The notes under the pieces: model-generated
What the model saw: the letters and a program-made list of their open reading frames with translations, nothing else
The model's database searches: none
Told to the model about the DNA's origin: nothing
Program-made: the position numbers and the translations under genes
Source: Octopus bimaculoides
Taxonomy: Eukaryota
NCBI RefSeq assembly: GCF_001194135.2
Contig: NC_068985.1
Span: forward strand, 8,682,881-8,734,627
Direction: 5' to 3'
Length of the DNA stretch: 51,747 nt
Part shown: positions 1 through 12,475 of the stretch, in pieces
Layout: every line of letters begins with the position of its first letter
Position numbering within the stretch: the first letter of the stretch is position 1

Positions 1-95
1 TATATACATACATATATCCATCCATTCATTCATCTATCTATCTACCTCTCATATATATATATATATATATATCCATCCATCTATCTATCTATCTG

Positions 96-158
<63 letters not shown>

Positions 159-170
159 ATCTATCTATAT
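1..170. repeat. compound (TA)n/(TCCA)n/(TCTA)n microsatellite
   Basis: Directly visible tandem units. Confidence 0.95.
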
Positions 171-744
171 TTCTAAGACTGTAACTACTCGAAAGTTATA
201 GAGCAGAGATTACAGCAGTCGGTTGAATCTTGTACATTTTCAATCATTTATCTTTCTCTGTGAAACGTTCGACTTCGTGTGAAAGAGAGAGGCTAAGTCT
301 AATACTCTTCATAAATACTTCTCAAGACACGGATAAATATATTTACGGTAAGTCTGTCAAAGTGGTCAATAAAATTGTTATAATCTCGAATTACACTAGA
401 GTTAGATCTATTACCTACTATCGAATACTATATATGAAATGACAACTGCAAAGATATTTGGTAAATATTCTGAAATGCATGTTTACCTTTCTATACACTA
501 TTAAAATACTTTCATAGCAAAGTCTATTTGAAAATTGCTGTTTATATACCAGATATTTGCTTAGATTGTTGAAAATCGGCGCATGTTTACGCTAATATTT
601 GTTATATAAACTATAATATTCAGACGAACATTATTTTCAACGCCTGCTGATGAAGGTATTATAGGGTCACATACGTTGATATGTGCTTGGCAGTCAGAGA
701 TATAATTCTATGATCAGAGGTAAAATATATATTCATATTTTATC

Positions 745-1160
745 TTTTATATTTTCTCTTTCACTGCTTTCAGCCCGGGACTGAAATCATGCTGGTGCAT
801 CACCTGGAGTTACTAGGTGTTGTTTCCGGTATTGTTTTTGGTGAAGTAGCGAGTTGGACGGAGCTGCTCTTCTTTGCACCTCCAGCCGCGATGTGGGTTC
901 ATCTGGTATCTTAAATAGAAACCTGTCCAGACGATCCTTGAAAACTTCCACATCAACAGATTTCTAAGGTTGCCTGGCAAGATGTTGAACAATTGCGGGC
1001 CCTTGAGACCCAGACTATTGCAGTACCATTTTAGATGGGGAAGACGGGATCTTTGATATGATGCAGTGCCGTCCAGTTCGAGGATTGGTAGAGCTGTCAA
1101 TTCCAAAATTGGGAGCTAAACACTCCAAGATCTTCCAAAATACATATGCATAATTTACTT
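745..1160 (-). mobile_element. CR1-like LINE, degenerate 3' fragment
   Basis: Minus translation contains YCNSLGLKGPQLFNILP, matching YCNSLGFRGPQPFNILP of the copy at 50968-51405. The reverse complement also carries TTTTGGAAGATCTTGGAG (WKILE) and the family 3' tail. Confidence 0.85.
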
Positions 1161-1552
1161 GTATCAGTATTATACATTAGTTTAGGTAATATATGTATGT
1201 ATGTGTGTGTATGAATTTATATATATAGTTCAAATTTACAGAAAATAAAAGACGAAGACAAGTGCAATAACAATAGACAGGTGTATTAGTTTGACGCTTG
1301 GAAAGAATGGAAAAGTCTCTGATGTTTCGCGCCTAACGTCTTGAGAGGGAAACATGGAGAGAGAACTAAAGAAAAAAAATACGGACAGAGAAAAAATCTG
1401 CAGGGTTTAACAGTTCAAACATGCTGAAATGACCAGAAGAAACAGGCTGATAATAAAGGTGACTCGACTAAACTAGGGTTCGCAAGCGCATGTATGTATG
1501 TATGTATGTATGTATTATGTATGTATGTATGTATGTATCTATGTATGTATGT

Positions 1553-1758
1553 GTGGAGGCGCAATAGCCCAGTGGTTAGGGCAGCGGACTCGCGGCCATA
1601 GGATCGCAGTTTCGATTCCCAGACCGGGCGTTGTGAGTGTTTATTGAGCGAAAACACCTAAAGCTCCACGAGGCTCTGGCAGGGGATGGTGGCGAACCCT
1701 GCTATACTCTTTCACCACAACCTTTTCTTACTTCCTGTTTCTGTTGTGCCTGTATTTC
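1553..1758 (+). mobile_element. SINE group A (tRNA-derived head), cut by a gap
   Basis: Head GTGGAGGCGCAATAGCCCAGTGGTTAGGGCAGCGGACTCGCGG with A-box and B-box-like (GTTTCGATTCC) motifs; same sequence as 19326-19716, 36791-37178, 43248-43617 and 49045-49422. Confidence 0.9.
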
Positions 1759-2131
1759 NNNNNNNNNNNNNNNNNNNNNNNNNNNNNNNNNNNNNNNNNN
1801 NNNNNNNNNNNNNNNNNNNNNNNNNNNNNNNNNNNNNNNNNNNNNNNNNNNNNNNNNNNNNNNNNNNNNNNNNNNNNNNNNNNNNNNNNNNNNNNNNNNN
1901 NNNNNNNNNNNNNNNNNNNNNNNNNNNNNNNNNNNNNNNNNNNNNNNNNNNNNNNNNNNNNNNNNNNNNNNNNNNNNNNNNNNNNNNNNNNNNNNNNNNN
2001 NNNNNNNNNNNNNNNNNNNNNNNNNNNNNNNNNNNNNNNNNNNNNNNNNNNNNNNNNNNNNNNNNNNNNNNNNNNNNNNNNNNNNNNNNNNNNNNNNNNN
2101 NNNNNNNNNNNCAACAATGTACGTATGCATG

Positions 2132-2162
<31 letters not shown>

Positions 2163-2663
2163 GAATGCTGTGTGTGAGCGTATATGTGCGAAATAGTGCG
2201 GTCGCTTGTGAATGCAGGTGTTGGATAGCTTAAAATTATGTGGCTCTGTGTGTGCGTACGTGGAGTCATGTGCGTTTCCTATGTTTGCATGTGTGTGTGT
2301 TTGTGTGTGTGTGTATGGACATTTGTATATGTGTGTGAAGCTGTGTATTGTAAGTGGGTGAGGTTATCGTGCGTTTGAGTGTGTCGGTGTGTGTTAGTGC
2401 ATGATGTGTGTGTGTGTGTGTGTGCATGTGTGTGACCGTATACTGTGCGTATGTATTGTGTATGTTTATGTGCGAAAGTTGTATGTGTTAATGCCTGTTG
2501 TTAGAATGTGTATATTGTCTGCGATCAAATATGTGCATGTGCATTGTGTGTGATTTTAGGAGCGAATAATGTGTGCTATGGTGGAATGCATGGAAGTGCC
2601 AGTTGTGACAGGGGTAATGAGAATTGGGAAGAGAGATATTGCATGTCAACATATATATATTAA

Positions 2664-2726
<63 letters not shown>

Positions 2727-3336
2727 ATATATATATNNNNNNNNNNNNNNNNNNNNNNNNNNNNNNNNNNNNNNNNNNNNNNNNNNNNNNNNNNNNNNNN
2801 NNNNNNNNNNNNNNNNNNNNNNNNNNNNNNNNNNNNNNNNNNNNNNNNNNNNNNNNNNNNNNNNNNNNNNNNNNNNNNNNNNNNNNNNNNNNNNNNNNNN
2901 NNNNNNNNNNNNNNNNNNNNNNNNNNNNNNNNNNNNNNNNNNNNNNNNNNNNNNNNNNNNNNNNNNNNNNNNNNNNNNNNNNNNNNNNNNNNNNNNNNNN
3001 NNNNNNNNNNNNNNNNNNNNNNNNNNNNNNNNNNNNNNNNNNNNNNNNNNNNNNNNNNNNNNNNNNNNNNNNNNNNNNNNNNNNNNNNNNNNNNNNNNNN
3101 NNNNNNNNNNNNNNNNNNNNNNNNNNNNNNNNNNNNNNNNNNNNNNNNNNNNNNNNNNNNNNNNNNNNNNNNNNNNNNNNNNNNNNNNNNNNNNNNNNNN
3201 NNNNNNNNNNNNNNNNNNNNNNNNNNNNNNNNNNNNNNNNNNNNNNNNNNNNNNNNNNNNNNNNNNNNNNNNNNNNNNNNNNNNNNNNNNNNNNNNNNNN
3301 NNNNNNNNNNNNNNNNNNNNNNNNNNNNNNNNNNNA

Positions 3337-3860
3337 TAAAGTGTAGTATATTGCCACTTAAGTGTGGCTGACCCCTAGGGGTGGATGTTACTGATGCTTT
3401 TAGCCCCAGGAGGACATCTCCTCCAGCTGGCTTATCGACACACGACTGTGTCCTGTTTGCCAAGGGAAGTTATCCCTCTCACCATGATCTGTAGCACGAA
3501 CGGATCCGGATTTCAGGGTTATTTCCCTTCGTCGGCGTTCGATAGCCACTGACTCTGGTGAGAGAGACAAAATCCTGGCAATCTTATATCTACTTTTCCA
3601 GTGAAATTCTTCACTGATATCGAAAAGGGAAATAACCGCCGACGAATGGAAATAACCCTGAAATCTGGATCCGTTCGTGCTACAGATCATGGTGAGAGGG
3701 ATAACTTCCCTTGGCAAACAGGACACAGTCGTGTGTCGATAAGCCAGCTGGAGGAGATGTCCTCCTGGGGCTAAAAGCAACAGTAACATCCACCCCTAGG
3801 GGTCAGCCACACTTAAGTGGCAATATACTACACTTTATCGTGCAGTTACTGTTAATACTT
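3337..3860. mobile_element. fold-back element / MITE with about 200-bp inverted arms
   Basis: 3337-3537 is the near-perfect reverse complement of 3637-3838 (ATAAAGTGTAGTATATTGCC ... GGCAATATACTACACTTTAT), with a spacer of about 100 bp. The left end runs into a gap. Confidence 0.9.
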
Positions 3861-3880
3861 CATTTAGAGAATTAACATTG

Positions 3881-3924
<44 letters not shown>

Positions 3925-4482
3925 AAATTTAAAAAGAATTAAAAAGAATTCAAAAAGCTGTTACTATCAGTAATATATAATAACAAGGGTGGGAACAATA
4001 TGAGAATGGTCAAGAGAAAGACTATAAGATATTACCCTTTCATACATTTTTATATGTCTATAGTCATAGGAGATATATATCTATAGTCATTCATGGACAG
4101 ATGCTCACGTGTTTCATTAATGTCATCGAGATATTTAATTAATGAGAGTCGACAATATTTTAGCATAGACTCGGTGCTATGGTTCCTTTTAATGTGATTT
4201 AAACAAACGAAAAAAAAAAGGAATTGTAGTAGCGTACATAAAGAAAATATCAATGATTACCACCAGGTAACTTACGAAACATTTAGATGTTTCTTTGATT
4301 ATTCGCCTCTTCAGCTAGTGAGGGCAGTTAAAGGATAGTTAGACCTTTAACCACGCACTTTATCGCAGTCGCTAATAGAAATACTGGCAGGTCCACAAAT
4401 CAGCTGAGAATAAAGAAACGAACGAAACAGGCACTCGCTAACGCCCTGAGGAAACATATCGCAGAGAGACAGTTCAAAAATA

Positions 4483-5741
4483 TTGGGTCATCCCATGAAT
4501 AATGCAGTTTTTTTATACTTCTTTTATTTTTAAAAACTAAGATATACAATGTCCTTTTTTAATCTAAAATATACTCTCCTTCATTTTCTACAATGCTTTT
4601 CCATCTATCTGGCACACTTGCAAGAGCCCTCTTCCAAATTTCACCAGTACTGTTCTGATCTTGTCTACAGAATTCATATTTTTTCCGTCTAAATTATTTC
4701 GAAGACTGCAGAATAAAGAATAATTAGATGGGGGTAATATCTGGCGAATATGGTGGGTGGGGCATCGTTTCCCATTCAAACAGCTCCAGCCTTTGGAATG
4801 TCATCCTCGCTGTATGTGACCGAGCATTATCCTGATGGAAGAACACGTTTCGTCTTCAAACTAAAGATGGTCATTTTTCTTCTAGCGCTGACTTAAACCG
4901 CGCAAGCTGCTTGCAGTAGATCTCCTTTGTTACCGTTTCGTTTGGATTTAGAAGTTCAAAGTGGGCTAAACCTTTCATATCGCAACAAACAGATAACACC
5001 TTATGTGTCTGAAGACCTTCTTTACCCCGGGGTGCTGGTCTTTCTTCTCTCTCTCTTTACCCACCGGCTTCGGCGCTTGATATTTTAATAGAGAACCCAT
5101 TTCTCGTCACCAGTCACTATTCGGTCGAAAAAGGTTCGTTCGTGAGACGTGACAGCAATGAAGAAAACACATTCACTCTCTGGGAGCGATTAGACTCGGA
5201 AAGTTTGTGAGGAACCCATCGACCCAATTTGCTGACTTTTTCGATGGCGCATACATGTCGATGAATAGTTGGATGACCAAAATCCAAATCTTTCTGTTAG
5301 TTCGTCAACAGTTACGATGGGCTTTTGTTCCACCAGGGTTGGCAGGGTGTCCTCGTCGAGCTCTACAGATCTCCCAGGACGAGGCTCGTCTTCTAGGCTG
5401 TAGTTTCCGACTCAGAATCTCTGGAATCACCGTTGACACTGGCTGACGCTTATTGTTCGATTCCCATATACTTCATTAATATTCATCACACTTTCCGTTG
5501 CGTTGTTGGTTTTATTGAACACATAACGCAAAATATGCCGGATATGCTCCTTTGTCCTTTCCATTATAGCTTCGAAAATATAACTGTTAAAATCGAACTG
5601 CACTCTTCAAAACGTGCACTAAGAATAAGTACAAGGTAGAATTACTACCTGGTTTTATAGCAAATTGATGCATGTACTTCATCCCCTCTGTCTTTTAGCT
5701 CATACAATTGAAGACACCGCATTATTTATGGGATGACACAA
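4483..5741 (-). mobile_element. mariner DNA transposon, near full length (about 1.26 kb), defective
   Basis: About 25-bp TIRs, TTGGGTCATCCCATGAATAATGC and GCATTATTTATGGGATGACACAA, with TA dinucleotides at 4481-4482 and 5742-5743 and transposase motifs inside. Confidence 0.93.
4559..5564 (-). pseudogene. mariner transposase pseudogene (D,D34D type)
   Basis: Manual translation across frameshifts gives EHIRHIL, EDEPRPGR, GRWVPHKL, IVTGDEKWVLY, FHQDNARSH, PHPPYSPDI, PSNY (third catalytic D reads N) and DRWKSIVENEGEYILD*. Several internal stops. Confidence 0.92.
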
Positions 5742-6366
5742 TAAATTCCAAATGCACTACTTGGAATATACAAAAAGTTATGATTTGCGTCAATTAAATG
5801 GCAGTCAGACGATACATGGTAGATAAATGCGCACGGTTATTGGCAGTACAATCTTAGTTAATTTAAGCAATATATTTTTTAACATAGATGTATGAATGAA
5901 ACTATAGGTGCTAACGTCTGTATATATGAGATATGTAAACGAAAAGAATGACAGTTTTATATCGTGTTTATTTCCGTGTGTGCGTGTATTGATGTTTGTG
6001 TGAGTGTGTGTGTGGATAAATATACAGATAATTAAGAATATTAACACAAAGTCACACACACATGTACGCTTGCATTCCTACACAAATACATATAAGTGTG
6101 TGTGTGTGTGTGTGTGTGTGTACAAGCCTATCTATTTGTATACGTAGATTGGTGGGAAAGAAAATTTTATGATCTCGCTCGTAAAAAATAATTATCTAAA
6201 TACATATTTGCATAAATGTTTCATACATTTCTGCATTTATCATATATACTTACATGTACACATTTGCATGTATGTATCAGTGCGTGTATGTACGTGTGTG
6301 TGTGTCTCAGTGTGTCTCTGTGTTTATATGTGTGTGTGTATGAGTGTGTACGCGTGTCTGCATGTA

Positions 6367-6371
<5 letters not shown>

Positions 6372-6410
<39 letters not shown>

Positions 6411-6412
6411 TC

Positions 6413-6480
<68 letters not shown>
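6372..6480. repeat. compound (CT)n-(TA)n-(GA)n microsatellite
   Basis: Directly visible. Confidence 0.95.
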
Positions 6481-6482
<2 letters not shown>

Positions 6483-6498
6483 ACGCAAATCTGAGTGG

Positions 6499-6745
6499 CA
6501 TGCAGACAGAATACACTGGCCCAGGAGGAATTGCATTCCTTGAATCAAAATCAGTGCGTGATCTCGGCATTGTCAGAGCAATGATGCACCTTTCTAAATA
6601 TATATTACCAGTTTGGATCCTCTGGACTTTGAAAAGGAGACAATGATGGGCCTTTGCAGGGCATACGTCTTCAGCCGATTGGACTAATGCTCCCAAGTAT
6701 GTTCACCACACAATATAAATTAGCGGCCGAACTGGTAGCAATCTG
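6499..6745 (+). mobile_element. CR1-like LINE internal fragment (RT C-terminal region)
   Basis: Encodes SKSVRDLGI; the nucleotide sequence is collinear with 37970-38250. Confidence 0.8.
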
Positions 6746-6918
6746 ACGAAACTGTGCAAAGAAATCTGTCTCAGTAATATAGGCGACTACAGGCCCGAAA
6801 GGTATTGAATAGTTGAAATTAATCAAAATTAATCTGGCAAAGCGGAATCAAGGGAACAGATATGGAGACAATTACGGGGAGAAACAAACTAAATATAACA
6901 GCTTGGATCTGATATACG

Positions 6919-7050
<132 letters not shown>

Positions 7051-9943
7051 TGTAAAAAGAAAGAAAGCAAAAACTGTAGATTTTCAGACGACGAATATTT
7101 AAGTATGAATATGCAGATATATATATATTAATAGTTCAAACTTACAGAGTGCAAACGACTGAGGAGGAAGAGAAGGAGGAAGAGAAGGAGGAGGAGGTAT
7201 AATGTTATAATTCCAGCAGCTGTTTCTGGAAGCTCGGAGATCCGTTAAAATGTAGGTAGCCATATTTCTCCAAAATTTGCAGCTAGTAATGGAAGCAAGT
7301 AATCATTGGATACATCGGATCTACGTCTTCAGTATCGATCTCATCATGCAGAGATGTATTTGTGCATGGGTTTTAATTTTACCTGATGACGGTGAGTGTT
7401 TTTGCCATGACGTAATCTAAGAATGCAACAATAAAATACTGTCGAAACAATTGTTGTGAATTTTGAAACTCACCTATGTTCGCCTTTTATACACATATAT
7501 ATTTCTTTTTCTCTCTCTCTCTCCATCTCTCTCTTTCTCTCTCTCTCTGTATATATAAATATATATATATATATNNNNNNNNNNNNNNNNNNNNNNNNNN
7601 NNNNNNNNNNNNNNNNNNNNNNNNNNNNNNNNNNNNNNNNNNNNNNNNNNNNNNNNNNNNNNNNNNNNNNNNNNNNNNNNNNNNNNNNNNNNNNNNNNNN
7701 NNNNNNNNNNNNNNNNNNNNNNNNNNNNNNNNNNNNNNNNNNNNNNNNNNNNNNNNNNNNNNNNNNNNNNNNNNNNNNNNNNNNNNNNNNNNNNNNNNNN
7801 NNNNNNNNNNNNNNNNGTATATATATATTTATACATTCATATATATATACGTATAGATAGAAAAGTATGGAAGTGGGTTTCTTCTAGCAGAGCTGAGAAA
7901 AGCAATGGTTTTGTATATCATTTTATATTTCAAATGAATATGTTTGGTTATCTTTGTACTGGGCAGCTAAAATACAATTCTTAACAACCTATACACCAAA
8001 TTACATTACGATGTTAAACTCATCATATTTACTTAGTTGTGATGAGAAAACATTCTTTACTCTTTGGACAAGAATCATGTAAAATGTCCTATTCGATTAT
8101 GATGATTTCCTTAACTAATTCTCGGCAACATATTTTGTGTTTGCTTTCCGGTGCTATCACTAAAACCATATTATTTGTTTTCGAAATCTTTTTTTTTTTT
8201 CTAAAGGATTTTTTTGTGTGATTTATTATTCTGCAATCTCTACATTTTTAGAAAATAAATACTGTTTGCATAGCGTTTTTGATATCTATTGCTTAAATTT
8301 TTTTCGATTCGTATAAATATTGTCTCTCTTGATTTGATAGTAAAGACTTAGTGCTAAATAGATCGGGAATTCCGTGTTGTAACCGTAATGCGTTTACAAA
8401 ATGCCTTATTGGTTTACCTAAGAGGAAATATTCCCAAATGCTCATCAAAAATGGCTTCCAATACAGGACCTTAGCATTCATTTTAAGTACCATATTGTCA
8501 AAACAACGGAGAACTCAAATGTCATCTGTTTAAATTATAACTTCTAAAAAAAAATCAAGTTCATAATTTGCCCACTCCCATTATGTATAAAGAAAATGAA
8601 ACTTCAATCGACTCATCTAAAATTATCTTTGTGTATTACTGATTTTCATAGATTTTACTTTTAAGGAAAATGATAAATTACATAGGAAATTGAATAGAAT
8701 TGTTAAAAGAAATGCAAAGTATTCGACTATTTTCTTTTCATCATTCGTAGTTATGTTTTCCACTGCAGTTGACTAGATTTACATAACATCTTAAAACTCA
8801 TAAATTCTAACATTGATCACCTCTAGGGAATATTCGTATATTACACATTCAATATGTCTGTATAAAGTTGTGAAGCCTACAAATTGTCCATAGCTGCATC
8901 GACAGCCAGGCGGTTGCTAGTTCATAAAGCATTTGTTTCTACTTTATATAATTTCAGTTGTGTCTATAAGACATAGATACAATAGAAAAAAGCTATGCAC
9001 GGGCAATCTTTTTGTTGGAAATAAGGGAAAAACCTCTCTGAATTCATTTTATAAAATGCCAACACACTCATATTTTATTTAAAAGTGTATGGCGAAAATT
9101 GACACAATTACAGTTGGAGTTTGTTGTTCATGTGTTTGATTGATCAGGACTTATCTGAGACTATACAAGTACGACAGCAACGTTATAAGTCACTCTAACA
9201 CCAACCTCTTCACCACTACAAATATAAAAGCCAACAATACTAGTGATACTAGCGGTCAAGTATTTCTGAAATCACTCAATAACGTTTAATGTGAGGAAAC
9301 AGATAAAGTACGTTTAAAATACAAAATGTGGGATGTATACAACTGAAACATCTTTGATCCTTGGTCTGTTCATTCAATCATGGCTGAAATAAAGTTACAC
9401 ATCAAAATTACATTCATCCCCCTCACTCTTCCACCATTTCTAGAATTTAACATCACCACCACCGCTGCTATCACATCAATGTCGCTATCACCTCAACACT
9501 CACGCCATCATCTGTCAATATTTTTTTTTCTCATATCAATTCCTGCCGTCTTAACAAGAAAATGAAAGAACACATCAGATTATTCATTCAGCGATACCTT
9601 ATCTCTAAAAAAGAAAAACAGAATTGTAAAGGATTGCTCACCTTTGATCATAGGTCTGTTTGAACAAGGATGACCTGTCGGCTTAACAGCAATCGCTGCA
9701 GGTAACAGATAACAAGTATTTCTGTAAAACATTATCCATGAAAGATTACCGTATTATCTTGAAGAGTTAATTATCTTCCAGCTACTTAACGATAAGCACT
9801 GGTTCTGTGGATGGGATGTGTGGAGGGAAAAACTGATTTGCAGTAGTTGATCCATTTAACTCTCGGCATTGGCTAATATAATTAATCTGCACTTTACGTT
9901 AGTGAACCACTCCGATTGTAATGTCAGTTCTATGTCCAAGCGT

Positions 9944-10152
9944 AAGGTGTGATCTGGCAGAATCGTTACTGTACTTGAGAAAATAATTAGCTGTGTTTTA
10001 CATTCTCAGTTCAAACTCAGCCCGGGTCAATTTGCCTTTCATTCTTTCTGGGTTGATAAAATAAGTACGACGTGGGGACTAGAGTCGATATAATCGACTT
10101 AGCTTCTGCCCCGAAATTGCTGGCCTTGAGCCAAAATTTGAAATAAATATTA
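9944..10152 (+). mobile_element. SINE group B, degenerate
   Basis: CAGTTCAAACTC..TTTGCCTTTCATTCTTT..GATAAAATAAGTAC and tail GGCCTTGAGCCAAAATTTGAAA, as in 29424-29644. Confidence 0.6.
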
Positions 10153-11028
10153 CGTCTAAGCCTATAAATTTTAGGTATTTCGGTATTTCGAAAATTGCGA
10201 CCTTCACTAGTTTCTCAGGTCGCTCTTCAGCGCTGCTGGTAACACTCAGGTCAATCTTGAGCACTACTGATAACGTAAGTCAGTACAACTTGTCGCATGG
10301 TCGGGTCGTCAGCGACTAAACTGGCAACCCCATCAAGCTTGCTTGGTGAGGAGGGTGATTGTTGGAAGCCCTGCAGGAAGAAAAATAAGACCCGTCAAAG
10401 GGCAGAAGAACTATTGTATATTCAACGGCCAATTCAACAAGTACCTTGTCGCGGTGAAGTGCCTGTGTGTTCCGTTGACACGGAAAGCTATGCTGGAGGG
10501 AGGGAGGGAGAGAAATCTTCAGGCAGGTCTTACCAAGCGAGACAGGTCGAAGGGTAGGAGACAGACAAAACCTTAACGACAATAAATCGAAGCGTCGGCA
10601 GCAGAGCGTGGATTTAGTTATCGGCAGGACCTAACAGATCAGATTCCTGGCTTTCAACTAGCAGGATGTCATGTAGAGGATCTTGAATACAAGGCAATGA
10701 ATGAGACCCTAATATTCCTAGTTAGATGGAAACTGCGGGACCACATGGAGTATCACCCTGTGATTCCAATAGAATGCGCAACCGAAACCCCTATGAATAG
10801 AGGCGTCCTATGGAACGATCTAGATGAGCTAATCCTTCGAATTATTTTCAACCTGGAATGTTGCACATGGTTCGTGGCATTCAATGGTTTTGTTATTGTT
10901 ATGGTCTTTCCATACTCATATTGATAATGTGTGCTTTTACTTCACAGTCGAAGGGTGCTATGTGTACATTTGCTATAAATAAAAGTTTGCTCTAGTCGTA
11001 TGCATTTCTATTGTATTAACAATAGTGT

Positions 11029-11680
11029 AGGCGTAGGCATGGCCATGTGGAATGCAGTTTACTTCCCAATAAATTGACTCTGGTTCCAGTCTCAGTGCGT
11101 GGAACCTCCAGAAAGTGTCTTTTACTACAGCCCTGTGCCATCCAAAGCCTTTTGAGTGGATTTTGTTGACGGAAACTAAGAAACGGCCGTCATCTATATG
11201 CACATATATGTATATATATGTCTGTGTAATAGAAAATTGTTATCTGTAAATCTCTCAACGAGAGATATTCGGCAACAGTCCTCTAGAGTAAAGATTATTT
11301 ACTAACATAACATGGCAGTCCTGGTTTAGGACTAATGTTGCTGTAATTTAGCCCCAGGAGACATCGTCTCTAGCTGTTGTATAGCCAGCTGGAGACGATG
11401 TTACCTGGGGTCAAATTACAGCAACATTCGCCGTAAACCAGGATTGCCATGTTATGCTGTCAAATAATACTTACTATATGTCTGTGTGTTTTGTGTTTCT
11501 GTTGTTTGTCCCCATCACATCTTGACAACCGGTTTTGGTTTGTTTACCTGTCTGGAACTTAACGGTTTTGCATAAGAGTTCGATAGAATGAATACCAGGC
11601 TTAAGAAAATAAGTATTGGTGTCGATTTATTCTACTAAACTTTTCATGGCGATGCCCCAGCACAGCTGTAGTAAGAGGTA
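11029..11680 (+). mobile_element. SINE group C, degenerate, interrupted by a hairpin MITE
   Basis: 5' part AAAGCCTTTTGAGTGGATTTTGTTGACGGAAACT and 3' part TTTGTCCCC..TTGACAACC..GATAGAATGAATACCAGG match 30209-30714. Confidence 0.7.
11287..11476. mobile_element. about 190-bp hairpin MITE of the fold-back family
   Basis: About 88-bp imperfect inverted arms with a loop of about 10 nt; shares TGGCAGTCC and TTAGCCCCAGGA..ACATC motifs with 3337 and/or 44553. Confidence 0.85.
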
Positions 11681-12352
11681 CAAAAAAAGAAGAGTGAACG
11701 CTCTTTATAATATGTGTACATATCACGGTGTTGCTGAATTCTGTACTTTGTAGATATGCCTATAAATACTCGAAATTTGGCTTACGTATTAGTCTGTGTC
11801 TTGACAACCGAACCTAATAATTTAGGAATTGTCTCTGTTTTACGTCACCGTATTCTGGATTTGTCAGTATGAAGTTTTATTGCTTATTTTATTGCGGAAA
11901 TGACTGAGAGTGGAGGCGGTTAGCTATTGTTTTGTTGTGACAGTAAGGTACCAGAAATCGTAAATTAGATTTTGTTCAATTTTGTTTTGTAGACAAGAAG
12001 AATGTAAACTATCAAGAATGAAGAGTTGAGGCTCATACAAGAATGCAGGAAAGGATATGAGGTGCACTTCTCTCAAAAGAGTATTCCCCTCATTAAAATT
12101 CAAACCTGATATCCACTACAACCACAACCACCACCACCACTACTACTATCACCTCAAATACTGTTACCAACAAAAATAGCAACGACAACAGCTCAATCAT
12201 CCCTGCACCCATCATCATCACCACGATCGCAGATACAATTGATGGTAGGGACAGGAACAATATTAGAAATACCTTCACGAACATAGTCACAGCTGCCGCT
12301 GGTGGATGATGTAAGAGAAGAAAGGTTGCCGTGTGTAATAGCAATAGTAGTT

Positions 12353-12475
12353 TAAAGTTTTGGCACAAGACCAGCAATTTGCATAAGAGAGGGTAGGGTG
12401 ATCGATTACATCGACCCTCCCCCCAATGAGCAACTGTTACTTAATTCATCGAAAGAATGAAAGGCAAAGCAACTC
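12353..12475 (-). mobile_element. SINE group B, 3' fragment
   Basis: Reverse complement reads TTTGCCTTTCATTCTTTCGATGAATTAAGTAACAG..GGGTCGATGTAATCGAT..GGTCTTGTGCCAAA. Confidence 0.7.

Noticed and set aside
640-700. CTGATGA hammerhead-like core
   Set aside because: No stem II and no GAAA follow.
1300-1360. Possible decayed hammerhead on the minus strand (..GGCGC-GAAACATC)
   Set aside because: The CUGANGA core is absent in this copy; the resemblance rests on recollection of a repeat family only.
1553-1630. tRNA genes at SINE heads (also 19640-19716, 20371, 43248, 49045)
   Set aside because: A and B boxes are present, but there is no complete cloverleaf or acceptor stem, and each continues into a SINE body.
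1637-3463. Long ORFs of 130-300 aa in the ORF track (also at about 7.5, 22.3-23.2, 27.8, 39.8, 47.3, 49.2 and 50.1-50.9 kb)
   Set aside because: They are runs of X through N gaps plus microsatellite translations (YIYI, HTHT, LSLS).
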